This document shows positions 1 to 9,712 of a DNA stretch of 64,000 bases, piece by piece. This stretch comes from Candidatus Cloacimonadota bacterium. GTDB lineage: Bacteria > Cloacimonadota > Cloacimonadia > JGIOTU-2. The notes under the pieces were generated by a model. That model saw nothing but the letters and a program-made list of their open reading frames with translations. It searched no databases and was not told the DNA's origin. Made by a program: the position numbers and the translations under genes. The stretch spans positions 160,001-224,000 of the forward strand of contig JBNGBT010000004.1 of assembly GCA_049903315.1 (NCBI GenBank), in the 5' to 3' direction. Within the stretch, counting starts at the first letter, position 1. Each line of letters begins with the position of its first letter.

Positions 1-1064
1 GAAACCTTTTCGTGGGTCAGTTCCTCTATGAAGAACCTGATCTGAATTTCTTCCGTAAACAAGCAGCAAAGTATGGATTTGATGAGAAAGAGTATTTGGA
101 AGCTCTGTCTAAAGTTCCTATTTTATCTGATGAAGATGTGAAGAAAAAAATGGAGTTTCTTTCGGAACTAACAATGCTCATCGGTGATATGGGGATCAAT
201 AAATTGGATTTGATGGAGCTGACCGGCTCTCTGGAAAAGAGGATTACAGAACGCACAAAAGATCTAAGAGAAGCCAAAATCGCCACCCTGAACATGATGC
301 AGGACGCTGAAGAAGCGAGAAGGGAGACTGCGTCATCAAATAAGAAACTTAAAAAATCGATGCTTGATCTTGAGCGGTCGAATAAGGAATTGGAGCAGTT
401 TGCCTATGTGGCATCCCATGATCTGCAGGAACCTCTCCGCATGATCTCAAGTTATACGCAACTGCTGGCAAAAAGGTTCCAGGGTCAACTTGATGAAAAA
501 GCAGATAAGTACATACACTATGCGGTCGACGGGGCAGTGCGTATGCAGACTTTGATTAATGACCTGTTATCCTATTCAAGGGTAACAACACGCGGCGAAC
601 CCTTCAAAAATGTAGATTGTTATTCTGTTCTGGGACAGGCGCATTTAAATCTAAAGAAAGTGATCGAGGAGAATCAAGCAATTATTATGAATAATGGTCT
701 GCCGGAAGTGAAAGCAGATGCTAATCAGCTTGTAAGAGTGTTTCAAAATCTCATTGCCAATGCAATTAAGTTTCGTAAAGAAGAAACTCCTGTCATTCGT
801 ATTTCAGCGAAACAAAAAGATGAAGAATGGATCTTTTCTGTACAAGATAATGGCATTGGAATTGATCAAAAGCATAAAGATCGGATCTTTATTATTTTCC
901 AGCGGCTGCATACACGAGCGGATTATGCCGGAACCGGTATCGGGCTGGCAGTATGTAAAAGAATAATTAACAGACATGGTGGTAAGATCTGGGTGGAATC
1001 CGAACCCGGCAAAGGTTCTACGTTCTATTTTACCTTACCTATACAAAAGGAAAAAAAATCATGA
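1..1064 (+). CDS. Sensor histidine kinase (end of a PocR-like domain + HisKA + HATPase, Cph1-type core); 5' end lies outside the window
   Basis: GQFLYEEPDLNFFRKQAAKYGFDEKEYLEALSKVP resembles a PocR C-terminus; H-box FAYVASHDLQEPLR, N-box NLIANAIKF, G boxes DNGIGI and GTGIGLA. Confidence 0.9.
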   Translation, partial: NLFVGQFLYEEPDLNFFRKQAAKYGFDEKEYLEALSKVPILSDEDVKKKMEFLSELTMLIGDMGINKLDLMELTGSLEKRITERTKDLREAKIATLNMMQDAEEARRETASSNKKLKKSMLDLERSNKELEQFAYVASHDLQEPLRMISSYTQLLAKRFQGQLDEKADKYIHYAVDGAVRMQTLINDLLSYSRVTTRGEPFKNVDCYSVLGQAHLNLKKVIEENQAIIMNNGLPEVKADANQLVRVFQNLIANAIKFRKEETPVIRISAKQKDEEWIFSVQDNGIGIDQKHKDRIFIIFQRLHTRADYAGTGIGLAVCKRIINRHGGKIWVESEPGKGSTFYFTLPIQKEKKS

Positions 1065-1093
1065 CAAAACAAGAAACAAAACATGGAGGAAAC

Positions 1094-1534
1094 ATGTTAG
1101 TGAAAACTATCGATATTTTGCTGGTTGAAGACAATCCCGGTGATGTGGAACTCACCCGGGAAGCGCTTGAGATCAGTAAATTAAAAAACAACCTGTTTGT
1201 GGCAGAAAATGGCGAGGAAGCAATGGATTTTCTTTATAAAAGAGGAAAGTTCGCAAATATGCCGAAACCAGATCTCATACTGCTGGACTTGAACCTGCCA
1301 TTAAAGGACGGCAGAGAGGTCCTCAAAGATATCAAAACAGATAAAGATCTCCTCAGGATACCTGTCGTCATTTTGACTACATCAGAAGCAGAAGAAGATG
1401 TACTTAAGACCTATGACCTGCATGCAAACTGCTATATTACCAAACCATTGGACCTTGAACGCTTTATCCATGTGGTGAAAAATATCAAAGAATTCTGGAT
1501 GAGTATCGTTGTGCTTCCTGATGGATTAAAATAA
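1094..1534 (+). CDS. Single-domain response regulator (Rcp1-like)
   Basis: ILLVEDNPGD, DLILLDLNLP, ANCYITKP; ATG at 1094 follows GGAGG. Confidence 0.92.
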   Translation: MLVKTIDILLVEDNPGDVELTREALEISKLKNNLFVAENGEEAMDFLYKRGKFANMPKPDLILLDLNLPLKDGREVLKDIKTDKDLLRIPVVILTTSEAEEDVLKTYDLHANCYITKPLDLERFIHVVKNIKEFWMSIVVLPDGLK

Positions 1535-1675
1535 CGAAAGAGAAAAAATTCTATTTATCATTACTGATATGTGTCAGGAATATTAAGGCGAAGATAATAG
1601 TTCTTTCCTGAGACCTTGTGAAAAAGCTCACGGGTTTACAGTAAATAATTACTAAATAGTGCTATAGAGATTAAT

Positions 1676-3595
1676 ATGAACACAAGACTAAATATTTTGT
1701 TGGTCGAGGATAATCCTGGTGATGCAGAACTCATTAAGGATATGATATTTGAATCACGTTTAAAGCGTTCAGATATAGAAGAGGTTCAGACCCTGAAACA
1801 CGCTATTACGCAGGTTCAAAATAAAGATTTTGATATAATCCTCTTGGACCTTGGTTTGCCGGATAGCGCCGGTATGGATACTCTCTATGAAATACTCAAG
1901 TGGTCAGAAAGCGCTCCTGTGGTCGTTTTTACCGGACTGGATGACGAAGAAGCCGGACTTGAAGCTATAAGCAAAGGCGCACAGGATTACCTGGTAAAGG
2001 GTAAGGTCGGATCGGATATGTTAGCCCGTTTCATTTTATATTCCATAGAGCGGAAAAAAGATGCTAAGAAGATATCTCACTTGAACAGTATGCTCAAAGC
2101 AATACGAAATGTGAACCAGCTTATTGTGAAAGAAAAAGATGTGGATGAGCTCATCATGCAATCATGTAATATCCTAACAAAAGAGCGTGAGTATCTTAAT
2201 GCCTGTATTATCCTTTTCGATGAGAAGAACAAGCCATATAAATCTTCAATGAGAAGAAATACGAAGGGATATGATGAATTTCGCACACAGGTTGAAAAAG
2301 GCACCTGGAAAGGAATTTGTCAAAAAGCTCTCGGAATTGAAGGTATTCAAATAATTGAAAATCCTGCAGATGAATGCGGGAAATGCCCTCTTAATGAATG
2401 CCTCAGTGGGGGTAATGCGATAGCTATCCGGCTCGAGTATGGTGATAAAGTATATGGCGTTATGTCTGTGAGGGTTCCCCGGGATATGGCGTTTGCTAAA
2501 GAAGAACAGGAATTGTTAAAAGAAGCTGCCGGTGATATCTCCTTTGCTATTCATGATATTGAAATAGAGAAAGAGCACAAGCAGGCGGTAGAAAAACAGA
2601 AAATATCCGAAAGAGAAAAATCAATAATACTCAATAGCTCACCTACCCTGATCGCGTATCAAAATATGAACCATGAAGTCGTTTGGGCTAATCAAGCTGC
2701 CTGTGATTCTGTTGCTAAAAAGTTTGATGAATTGATAGGTAAGAAATGTTATCATATCTGGGCAAAACAAGATGAAGCATGTAAAGGATGTCCAGTTGAG
2801 ATATCCTGGAAAACCAAAAAAATAGTAAGTGGAGAACATGTTACACCTGATGGACGGTGTTGGTCAATCATTGGGAGTCCCGTTATCGATGACCATGGGA
2901 AAATAATCGGCGCAGTGGAAACGAGTCTGGACATCACCGAGCGCAAACAGGCGGAAGAACAGCTCAAGAAAGAGCTCACAGAAAAAGAATTGTTGTTGAG
3001 AGAAATACGTCATAGAGTAAAAAATAATCTGCAGGTGATATCAGGTCTTCTTCATCTTCAGCAGAGAGAAATAAAAACAAAAGAAGATGTTGCAAAGGGA
3101 TTTAATGCAAGCCAGGATAGAATACTTGCAATGGCAAAAGCGTATGAGTTATTATTGGGATCGGAGTATATGTCTGACGTGAGTGTGGGGAAATATATCG
3201 AATCACTTGCGACTCAACTTAAAAATAATTATGATATCCATAATAAAGTGAAAATACACTATTCTATGGATGAACTCACGGTCAATATCGAGATATTAGA
3301 CAGGCTAGCGCTGGCATTGAATGAGATCATCACGAATGCAATAAAATATGCGTTTGAAGGAAGAGATTCCGGGACTATCACAATACAAGTGAAAGGTGAT
3401 GAAGATCGCTTTACGATAAAGATATCAGATGATGGAACAGGCATTCCGGAAGAGGTAAAAACGGATAATCCCGCGACACTTGGTCTCTCGATTATTTCTA
3501 TGATCATCGGACAATTATATGGCACATTATCAATAGACAGAACAAATGGGACGTGTTTTATCCTGGATATCCCACACAAAAAAGATGAGAATTAA
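1676..3595 (+). CDS. Hybrid sensor kinase REC-GAF-PAS-HisKA_2-HATPase
   Basis: N-terminal receiver (LLVEDNPGD, LLDLGLPD); HRVKNNLQ box; NEIITNAIKYAF; DDGTGIP. Confidence 0.9.
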   Translation: MNTRLNILLVEDNPGDAELIKDMIFESRLKRSDIEEVQTLKHAITQVQNKDFDIILLDLGLPDSAGMDTLYEILKWSESAPVVVFTGLDDEEAGLEAISKGAQDYLVKGKVGSDMLARFILYSIERKKDAKKISHLNSMLKAIRNVNQLIVKEKDVDELIMQSCNILTKEREYLNACIILFDEKNKPYKSSMRRNTKGYDEFRTQVEKGTWKGICQKALGIEGIQIIENPADECGKCPLNECLSGGNAIAIRLEYGDKVYGVMSVRVPRDMAFAKEEQELLKEAAGDISFAIHDIEIEKEHKQAVEKQKISEREKSIILNSSPTLIAYQNMNHEVVWANQAACDSVAKKFDELIGKKCYHIWAKQDEACKGCPVEISWKTKKIVSGEHVTPDGRCWSIIGSPVIDDHGKIIGAVETSLDITERKQAEEQLKKELTEKELLLREIRHRVKNNLQVISGLLHLQQREIKTKEDVAKGFNASQDRILAMAKAYELLLGSEYMSDVSVGKYIESLATQLKNNYDIHNKVKIHYSMDELTVNIEILDRLALALNEIITNAIKYAFEGRDSGTITIQVKGDEDRFTIKISDDGTGIPEEVKTDNPATLGLSIISMIIGQLYGTLSIDRTNGTCFILDIPHKKDEN

Positions 3596-3607
3596 GGGAG
3601 AGGTGCT

Positions 3608-5797
3608 ATGGAACTTACATTAAATATTTTACTGGTAGAAGATAATCCAGGTGATGTGGAATTGATAAAAGAAATGATGGAACAGCCACATATCCGGAAT
3701 TCTACAATTATAGAAGCCAGAAACCTAGAACAAGCGATTTCCAAACTTCAAGAAGACACTTTTGATATTATACTTTTAGATTTGGGCTTGCCGGACAGCG
3801 CTGGTTTGATGACGCTCACTGATATATTGCAGTATGCAAAAAAGATTCCTGTGGTGGTTCTTACAGGTCTTGATGACGAGAGTTTGGCAGTGGATGCGAT
3901 ACGCAAAGGCGCCGAGGATTATCTCCCCAAAAATAAGATGGATGCTGAAGTTCTTTTGCGTGTTCTTCGGTATGCAATAGAGCGCAAACGCGTACGTGAA
4001 GCTTTACATGCAAGTGAAAAAAAATACAGGTACCTTGTGAATGAAATCAATGATGGGATTTATAATTCTGATATTGATGGCAATTTCACTTTTACAAATA
4101 ATGCACTCTGCTCGCTCCTTGGCTATGAAGAGGAAGAATTGATCGGGAAACCTTTTAGGGAGCTTATTATACCTGATGAGCGGGAACGATTCATAACATT
4201 ATATAAAGATACTCTCAAAACCGGCAAATCTCATGGAGTCATTGAAGTGCCGATTCAGGATAATAATGGAAATTCCCTGGTTATCGAGATAAAACCAGTC
4301 GTGATCAAGAGGGGGGGGAAACCGGTCGGCTCCCGCGGAGTTGTGCGTGATGTAACTCAACGCAAACAATGGGAGACACAATTACAAGCAAGTGAGAACC
4401 GCTATCGCTCTTTTGTGGAGAATTTCCACGGCATTGCTTTTCGCAGCAGTCTGGATTGGATTCCACTGTACTTTCATGGTGCGGTAAAAGAGATCACGGG
4501 TTACACAGAAGCAGAATTCATTAATGGTAAGCCCCGCTGGGATCAGATCATATATAAGGATGATCTGGAAAAGCTCATGACACCTGAATCACAGGAAGGA
4601 ATAAAGCAGGTCGGATATGTGGCAGAGCGAGAGTACAGGATCGTCACAAAATGCGGGGAAATAAAATGGCTGCATGATTATATACAAACTGTATATGATG
4701 ACCTACTCGGGGAGAATATCCTGCAAGGTGCACTCTATGATATTACTGACAGAAAAAAGGCAGAGGAAGCGTTGATTTTGGGAGAAAGGCAAATCAGATT
4801 TCAGGCGGAACTGCTCCAGAACGCGCCGATGATAGCAGCTTTTCACGACAAAGATCTCAATATGGTCTGGGCAAACAACGCATATGAAAAAGCAACCGGA
4901 TCATCCTTGGCGGAAATGAAGAACAGGAAGTGTTATTCTGTGTGGAATCTTTCCAGACCGTGTCGCAACTGTCCTGTTATGAAGGCAATAGAAACAGGAG
5001 AATCTCATGAGGCGGAGTTAACACCTCAAAACCAGGATCATTGGCCTGAGTCTCAGGGATGCTGGCTCTCAAAAGCTGCTCCTGTACGTGAAAGGGACGG
5101 CAGTATTATCGGAGCCATTGAAATTGCGATAAATATCACAGAACTCAAGCAGGCGGAAGAAGAATTAAAGATGAACCGCGAGAGATTAAAAACAGCAACC
5201 TCAATTCTGCGGCACGACATCATTAATGATCTTTCTGTGATCAAAAGCGCAGTTGATATATATCGTGATGAGCACGACGAAACGATGATTGACGAGATAG
5301 AGAAACGAGTAAAGAAAACAATAGAAACGATAAATAATCAAAGAGATCAGGTTAAGTTCTTAGATGCTCATGCTGAGCTGGATGAATATAACTTGGAAGA
5401 AGTACTATATAATGTCTTAAAAAATTATCCATGCCTTGAGATGACGATTTCGGGCTCCGGCAAAGTTTATGCTGATAATGCCATATATTCAGTATGTGAG
5501 AATATAATCAGCAATGCAATCAAACATGGAAAAAATAAAAAAATAGATATCGATATTGTTCCAGACAAAGAATATTGCGAGGTCAGATTTAAGGATTATG
5601 GTACTGGCATACCTGACGAAATAAAGGATAAGATTTTTGATGAGGGTTTCCATTATGGCAAGTCCGGTCATACGGGTATTGGTCTCTTTATTGTGAAGAA
5701 GACTATCGAGGAATATGGCGGAGAAGTTTCAGTGAAGGATAATAAACCGAGTGGAGCCATATTTGTCATTCGTTTAAAGAAAACGGTCGAAAGATAA
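3608..5797 (+). CDS. Hybrid sensor kinase REC-3xPAS-HisKA-HATPase (LRHDxxNDL type)
   Basis: Receiver, three PAS/PAC repeats (RDVTQRK, DITDRK, NITELK), ILRHDIINDL, NIISNAIKHG, HTGIGLFIV. Confidence 0.9.
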   Translation: MELTLNILLVEDNPGDVELIKEMMEQPHIRNSTIIEARNLEQAISKLQEDTFDIILLDLGLPDSAGLMTLTDILQYAKKIPVVVLTGLDDESLAVDAIRKGAEDYLPKNKMDAEVLLRVLRYAIERKRVREALHASEKKYRYLVNEINDGIYNSDIDGNFTFTNNALCSLLGYEEEELIGKPFRELIIPDERERFITLYKDTLKTGKSHGVIEVPIQDNNGNSLVIEIKPVVIKRGGKPVGSRGVVRDVTQRKQWETQLQASENRYRSFVENFHGIAFRSSLDWIPLYFHGAVKEITGYTEAEFINGKPRWDQIIYKDDLEKLMTPESQEGIKQVGYVAEREYRIVTKCGEIKWLHDYIQTVYDDLLGENILQGALYDITDRKKAEEALILGERQIRFQAELLQNAPMIAAFHDKDLNMVWANNAYEKATGSSLAEMKNRKCYSVWNLSRPCRNCPVMKAIETGESHEAELTPQNQDHWPESQGCWLSKAAPVRERDGSIIGAIEIAINITELKQAEEELKMNRERLKTATSILRHDIINDLSVIKSAVDIYRDEHDETMIDEIEKRVKKTIETINNQRDQVKFLDAHAELDEYNLEEVLYNVLKNYPCLEMTISGSGKVYADNAIYSVCENIISNAIKHGKNKKIDIDIVPDKEYCEVRFKDYGTGIPDEIKDKIFDEGFHYGKSGHTGIGLFIVKKTIEEYGGEVSVKDNKPSGAIFVIRLKKTVER

Positions 5798-5818
5798 AAA
5801 ATGAAAAAATATTATGTG

Positions 5819-6027
5819 TCGTTCTTAACTCAACGCTTCGCTGTTAAGTCAAGTCCGACAAGACTTGAAAAAGACTCAAGACTTGAGTTAAGGGCACGAA
5901 GTGAACTTGACTTAAGGATTGTTGTTGGTGCAGTATCGTTCTTAACTCAATCCCTCAGCAAGCTGAGTTATTAAGTCAAGTCCGATGAAAGGGATAGAAA
6001 ATGCGAAGTGAATTTGACTTAAGGATT
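5819..6027. repeat. Palindromic intergenic repeat family A, two tandem units (5819-5920 and 5936-6027)
   Basis: TCGTTCTTAACTCAA...TTAAGTCAAGTCCGA...CGAAGTGAA(C/T)TTGACTTAAGGATT; recurs at 9577, 11604, 11707 and 24249. Confidence 0.9.
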
Positions 6028-6050
6028 TTGGACGAGTTGCGGGTTGCGGG

Positions 6051-6092
6051 TTGTTTATTATCCGCTTGAGGAGAACGATTAATTCGTCATAG
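6051..6092 (+). pseudogene. Remnant 3' tail of a paralogous histidine kinase
   Basis: Translates LFIIRLRRTINSS*, compared with IFVIRLKKTVER* and IFIIRLKKAIEV* in the neighbouring kinases. Confidence 0.55.
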
Positions 6093-6135
6093 ATGGATTG
6101 AATGAATTTTTTATGAATATATGTAGGAGTTAAGA

Positions 6136-9100
6136 ATGTTTAAAAAAGTTCGTGCTCGATATTGGAGCACTATAATGATAATTTTTCTTTTTGTTATATT
6201 ATCAACAACCTCAATAGCAGCACAAAATACAAAGCACATGTTGCATGCGGTAAAAGATACAATACTTGTTGCTTCAGAACCGAGCTATCCACCATTCTGC
6301 ATCGTGGATGAGGACGGGAACGCAGATGGTTTTTCTGTAGATCTCATAAAAGCTGCTGCAGAAGTGATGCATCTCAATATTAAGTTCAAGGTAGGTCCAT
6401 GGGCTGAGATCAAACAAGAGCTGGTAGAAGGAAAGATCGATGCCCTGCCATTGGTTGGACGTTCACCGGAGCGGGAAGCAGTCTATGATTTCACTTTTCC
6501 TTATCATATTATGAATGGGGCTGTATTCGTACGAAAAGGAACCAAAGGCATCGAAACATTGGGCGATCTGAAGCATAGAGATATCGCAGTCATGAAAGGA
6601 GATAATGCACACGAGTTTGTCGCGAGGGTGAAATTATCCGACAAGATACACACTACACTGACCTATGATGTTGCTTTCCAGGAACTTTCTGAAGGCAAGT
6701 ATGATGCGGTCATTGCCCAGCAGCTCATGGGATTGCAACTATTAAATGAACTAAATATTCAAAATGTACAAGCCCTTGATATTGAACTCACGGATTTCAA
6801 CCAGGATTTCAGCTTTGCAGTGCAAGAAGGTAATAAAGAACTTTTAGCAGTTTTGAATGAAGGATTATCAATAATAGTTGCGAACGGAACGTATGATGAA
6901 TTGCATAAAAAATGGTGGTCACCCATCACTATAAGCGGTCTATCAACCAAAGAAAAAATCACAATGCTTCTGCCCTATATTATCAGTATTATTTTTATCA
7001 TAGCCATTATTGCCATAGTAGTTTTGGAAATACGGGTAAAGAGGAGAACACGCAAGCTTCGGAAGGAAATTGCTGTACGCAAACAAACAGAAATAGCTTT
7101 AAAAGAAAGCGAAGAGAAGTATCGAAATATTTTCGAGAATGTGCTGGATATGTTCTTTGAGGTGCGCCTTGATGGTGAAATCATTGATGTGAGCCCTTCA
7201 ATTCAGGAGCTGTCTTACGGTCAATACAAAAGAGATGATCTTATCGGCAGATCAATGTATGATTTGTATGCGGATCCGGCTATGCGGGAGGTATTTCTAG
7301 AAGCTTTGCAAAAGCAGGGAAGTGTGGCTGATTATGAAATTATATTCAAAAATCGGGATGGCTCTGAAGTTCCCTGTTCTATCTCTGCACGCATCCAGTG
7401 TGATGCGCAGGGCACACCCACGAAGATAATCGGCAGTATGCGTAATATCACCGAACGAAAAAGGGCAGAAGAAGAGCTGAAGAAAATTGAATGGCTGCTC
7501 GAAAAAGAAAAAAAGGAATCCTCAAAAATAGCAAAGAATTATATTCCAGATTACGGAGATGTAACCAAACTCAATACGGAAAGGACAATTCTGGATAATG
7601 TGGGAGCAGACACATTAAAAACCCTGTGCTCTGACATCATGGATTTGCTGGACACCTCGATTGCGATTTATGAAAAAAATGGTGATTATGCCTATGGTCA
7701 GTTTGACTCAAGGTGGTGTCAGACAATGGATATAGCGTCTTTTCGGTTATGTAAAACGCAGGACAATAAAGAAGCTCTGAGTTGCGGTAAATGGTTATGT
7801 CATGAAAATTGCTGGAATGACTCGGCAAAAGAAGCGATCATTACACAAAAAACAACAGATATTGAATGTGTCGGGGGAATTCATCTATACGCAGTTCCAA
7901 TTTTCGCAGGTAGAGAGTTAGTTGGCGTTATCAATATGGGCTACGGTAATCCTCCAACCGAAGAAAAAAACTTAATAGAACTGGCCGAAAAATTTCACGT
8001 CGAATATGAAGTTTTGGACGAGAATGCAACAAACTACAGAGCCCGACCTCCTTTTATTATCGAAAATGCCAAAAAGCGTTTACAAACCGTAGCACAACTC
8101 ATTGGCAAAATTGTAGATAGTGCGGAAAAAGAAAAGCAAATTAAAGAAAGCGAAGATTTCCTTAATCGAACAGGAGAAATATCCAGAGTAGGCGGTTGGC
8201 AGCTTGCAGATAATTTTACACGGGTAGAATGGACAAAAACAACCGGAGATATTCATGAACTTTCTGAAGGGGTTTATCCTACTTTAGAAGATGCGATCAA
8301 CTATTACCATCCAGATGACCGCGATAAGGTTAATAAAAGCGTTTCTGATGCAATTGAAAAAGGCAAGCCTTTTGATTTTCAAACCAGATTGATAACCGCG
8401 AAAGGAAACTTACGCTGGGTAAGGGCAATAGGTTGTCCTGAAATGAAAAATGGAAAATGTGTCCGGCTTTCCGGAACATTCCAGGATATTACTGAACATA
8501 AACAGGCTGAAGAGAAACTAGAAGCAGCTAAGGAAAAAGCTGAAGAAAGCGAAGCCCGTTTGCGTGATGCCCAGAGAATTGCCAATATCGGCAACTGGTC
8601 CTTAGATCTGCAAACTGGAAGAGTCGAAATGTCTGACGAAATGTTAAACCTTAACGGACTGAAAGATAAGAACGAAGCTTTAGATGTAGCGAATCATGAG
8701 AAATTCTATACACCAGAAAGTTGGCTTCGGTTTGAAAAAGCTGTAGAGACATGCAGAAATACAGGTAAAAGTTATGAAATCATAATGGAATTTTCTGATA
8801 AAAATGCTGAATTCCGTTATGCGGTAGCGAGAGGTGAAGCGATTAATGATGAGAATAACAACATCATAGGGCTAAAAGGTACTCTTCAGGATATCACCCA
8901 GCGCAAACGGGCGGAAGAAGAATTAAAGATCAACCGTGAAAGGTTAAAAACTGCAAGCTCCATCCTTCGCCACGATATCACAAATGATTTGACTGTGATT
9001 AAAAGTGCGGTTGATATATATCGTGAAGAACGTGATGAATCCATGATCGATGAGATTGAGAAGCGCGTATGGAAAAGCATAGAAACCATACAAAATCAGC

Positions 9101-9555
9101 GGGATCAGGTACAGTTCCTGGATTCTCATGCCGATCTTGATGAATATGAGCTGAAAGAAGTAGTGCAAAAGGTTCTCAGTAACTATCCGGATTTGAAGAT
9201 CACTGTTACGGGTAACTGTGTTACCTATGCAGATAACGCAATATACTCAGTATTTGATAACATCGTCAACAATGCAGTCAAGCATGGGAAAACCTCTAAA
9301 TTGGATATTGAAATTATTCCAAACAAAGAACATTGTGAGATTAAATTTAAAGATTATGGTATCGGCATACCTGATGAAATAAAGGATAAGGTCTTTGATG
9401 AGGGCTTTCACTACGGAGAAACCGGTCATACAGGTATCGGGCTGTATATTGTTCAGACCACTGTCGAAGAATATGGCGGAGAAGTATTTGTAGAAGACAA
9501 CGAACCAAACGGTGCTATATTTATTATTCGTTTGAAGAAAGCGATTGAAGTTTAA
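6136..9555 (+). CDS. Membrane sensor kinase: periplasmic SBP family-3 domain-TM-PAS-PocR-like-PAS-PAS-HisKA-HATPase
   Basis: Signal peptide; EPSYPPF...GFSVDL...NGTYDELHKKW binding domain; TM helix; Cys-rich PocR-like segment; ILRHDITNDL. Confidence 0.9.
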   Translation: MFKKVRARYWSTIMIIFLFVILSTTSIAAQNTKHMLHAVKDTILVASEPSYPPFCIVDEDGNADGFSVDLIKAAAEVMHLNIKFKVGPWAEIKQELVEGKIDALPLVGRSPEREAVYDFTFPYHIMNGAVFVRKGTKGIETLGDLKHRDIAVMKGDNAHEFVARVKLSDKIHTTLTYDVAFQELSEGKYDAVIAQQLMGLQLLNELNIQNVQALDIELTDFNQDFSFAVQEGNKELLAVLNEGLSIIVANGTYDELHKKWWSPITISGLSTKEKITMLLPYIISIIFIIAIIAIVVLEIRVKRRTRKLRKEIAVRKQTEIALKESEEKYRNIFENVLDMFFEVRLDGEIIDVSPSIQELSYGQYKRDDLIGRSMYDLYADPAMREVFLEALQKQGSVADYEIIFKNRDGSEVPCSISARIQCDAQGTPTKIIGSMRNITERKRAEEELKKIEWLLEKEKKESSKIAKNYIPDYGDVTKLNTERTILDNVGADTLKTLCSDIMDLLDTSIAIYEKNGDYAYGQFDSRWCQTMDIASFRLCKTQDNKEALSCGKWLCHENCWNDSAKEAIITQKTTDIECVGGIHLYAVPIFAGRELVGVINMGYGNPPTEEKNLIELAEKFHVEYEVLDENATNYRARPPFIIENAKKRLQTVAQLIGKIVDSAEKEKQIKESEDFLNRTGEISRVGGWQLADNFTRVEWTKTTGDIHELSEGVYPTLEDAINYYHPDDRDKVNKSVSDAIEKGKPFDFQTRLITAKGNLRWVRAIGCPEMKNGKCVRLSGTFQDITEHKQAEEKLEAAKEKAEESEARLRDAQRIANIGNWSLDLQTGRVEMSDEMLNLNGLKDKNEALDVANHEKFYTPESWLRFEKAVETCRNTGKSYEIIMEFSDKNAEFRYAVARGEAINDENNNIIGLKGTLQDITQRKRAEEELKINRERLKTASSILRHDITNDLTVIKSAVDIYREERDESMIDEIEKRVWKSIETIQNQRDQVQFLDSHADLDEYELKEVVQKVLSNYPDLKITVTGNCVTYADNAIYSVFDNIVNNAVKHGKTSKLDIEIIPNKEHCEIKFKDYGIGIPDEIKDKVFDEGFHYGETGHTGIGLYIVQTTVEEYGGEVFVEDNEPNGAIFIIRLKKAIEV

Positions 9556-9576
9556 AAAATGAAAAAGTATGATGTG

Positions 9577-9636
9577 TCGTTCTTAACTCAACGCTATGCT
9601 GTTAAGTCAAGTCCGACAAGACTTAACTTAAGGATT
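9577..9636. repeat. Repeat family A, internally deleted copy
   Basis: TCGTTCTTAACTCAACGCTATGCTGTTAAGTCAAGTCCGACAAGACTTAACTTAAGGATT. Confidence 0.85.
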
Positions 9637-9647
9637 GTGCGGCACGT

Positions 9648-9689
9648 GCAGTATTTATTATTCGTTTGAAGAAAGCGATTGAAGGTTAA
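9648..9689 (+). pseudogene. Remnant 3' tail of a paralogous histidine kinase
   Basis: Translates AVFIIRLKKAIEG*, nearly identical to the end of 9713-11287 (AVFIVRLKKAIEG*). Confidence 0.8.
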
Positions 9690-9712
9690 AAAACTATGGA
9701 GCATACATAGAT

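Noticed and set aside
3001..3033. Inactive kinase because EIHHR reads EIRHR
   Set aside because: The His of the HRxKN motif, the expected phosphoacceptor in this class, is retained.
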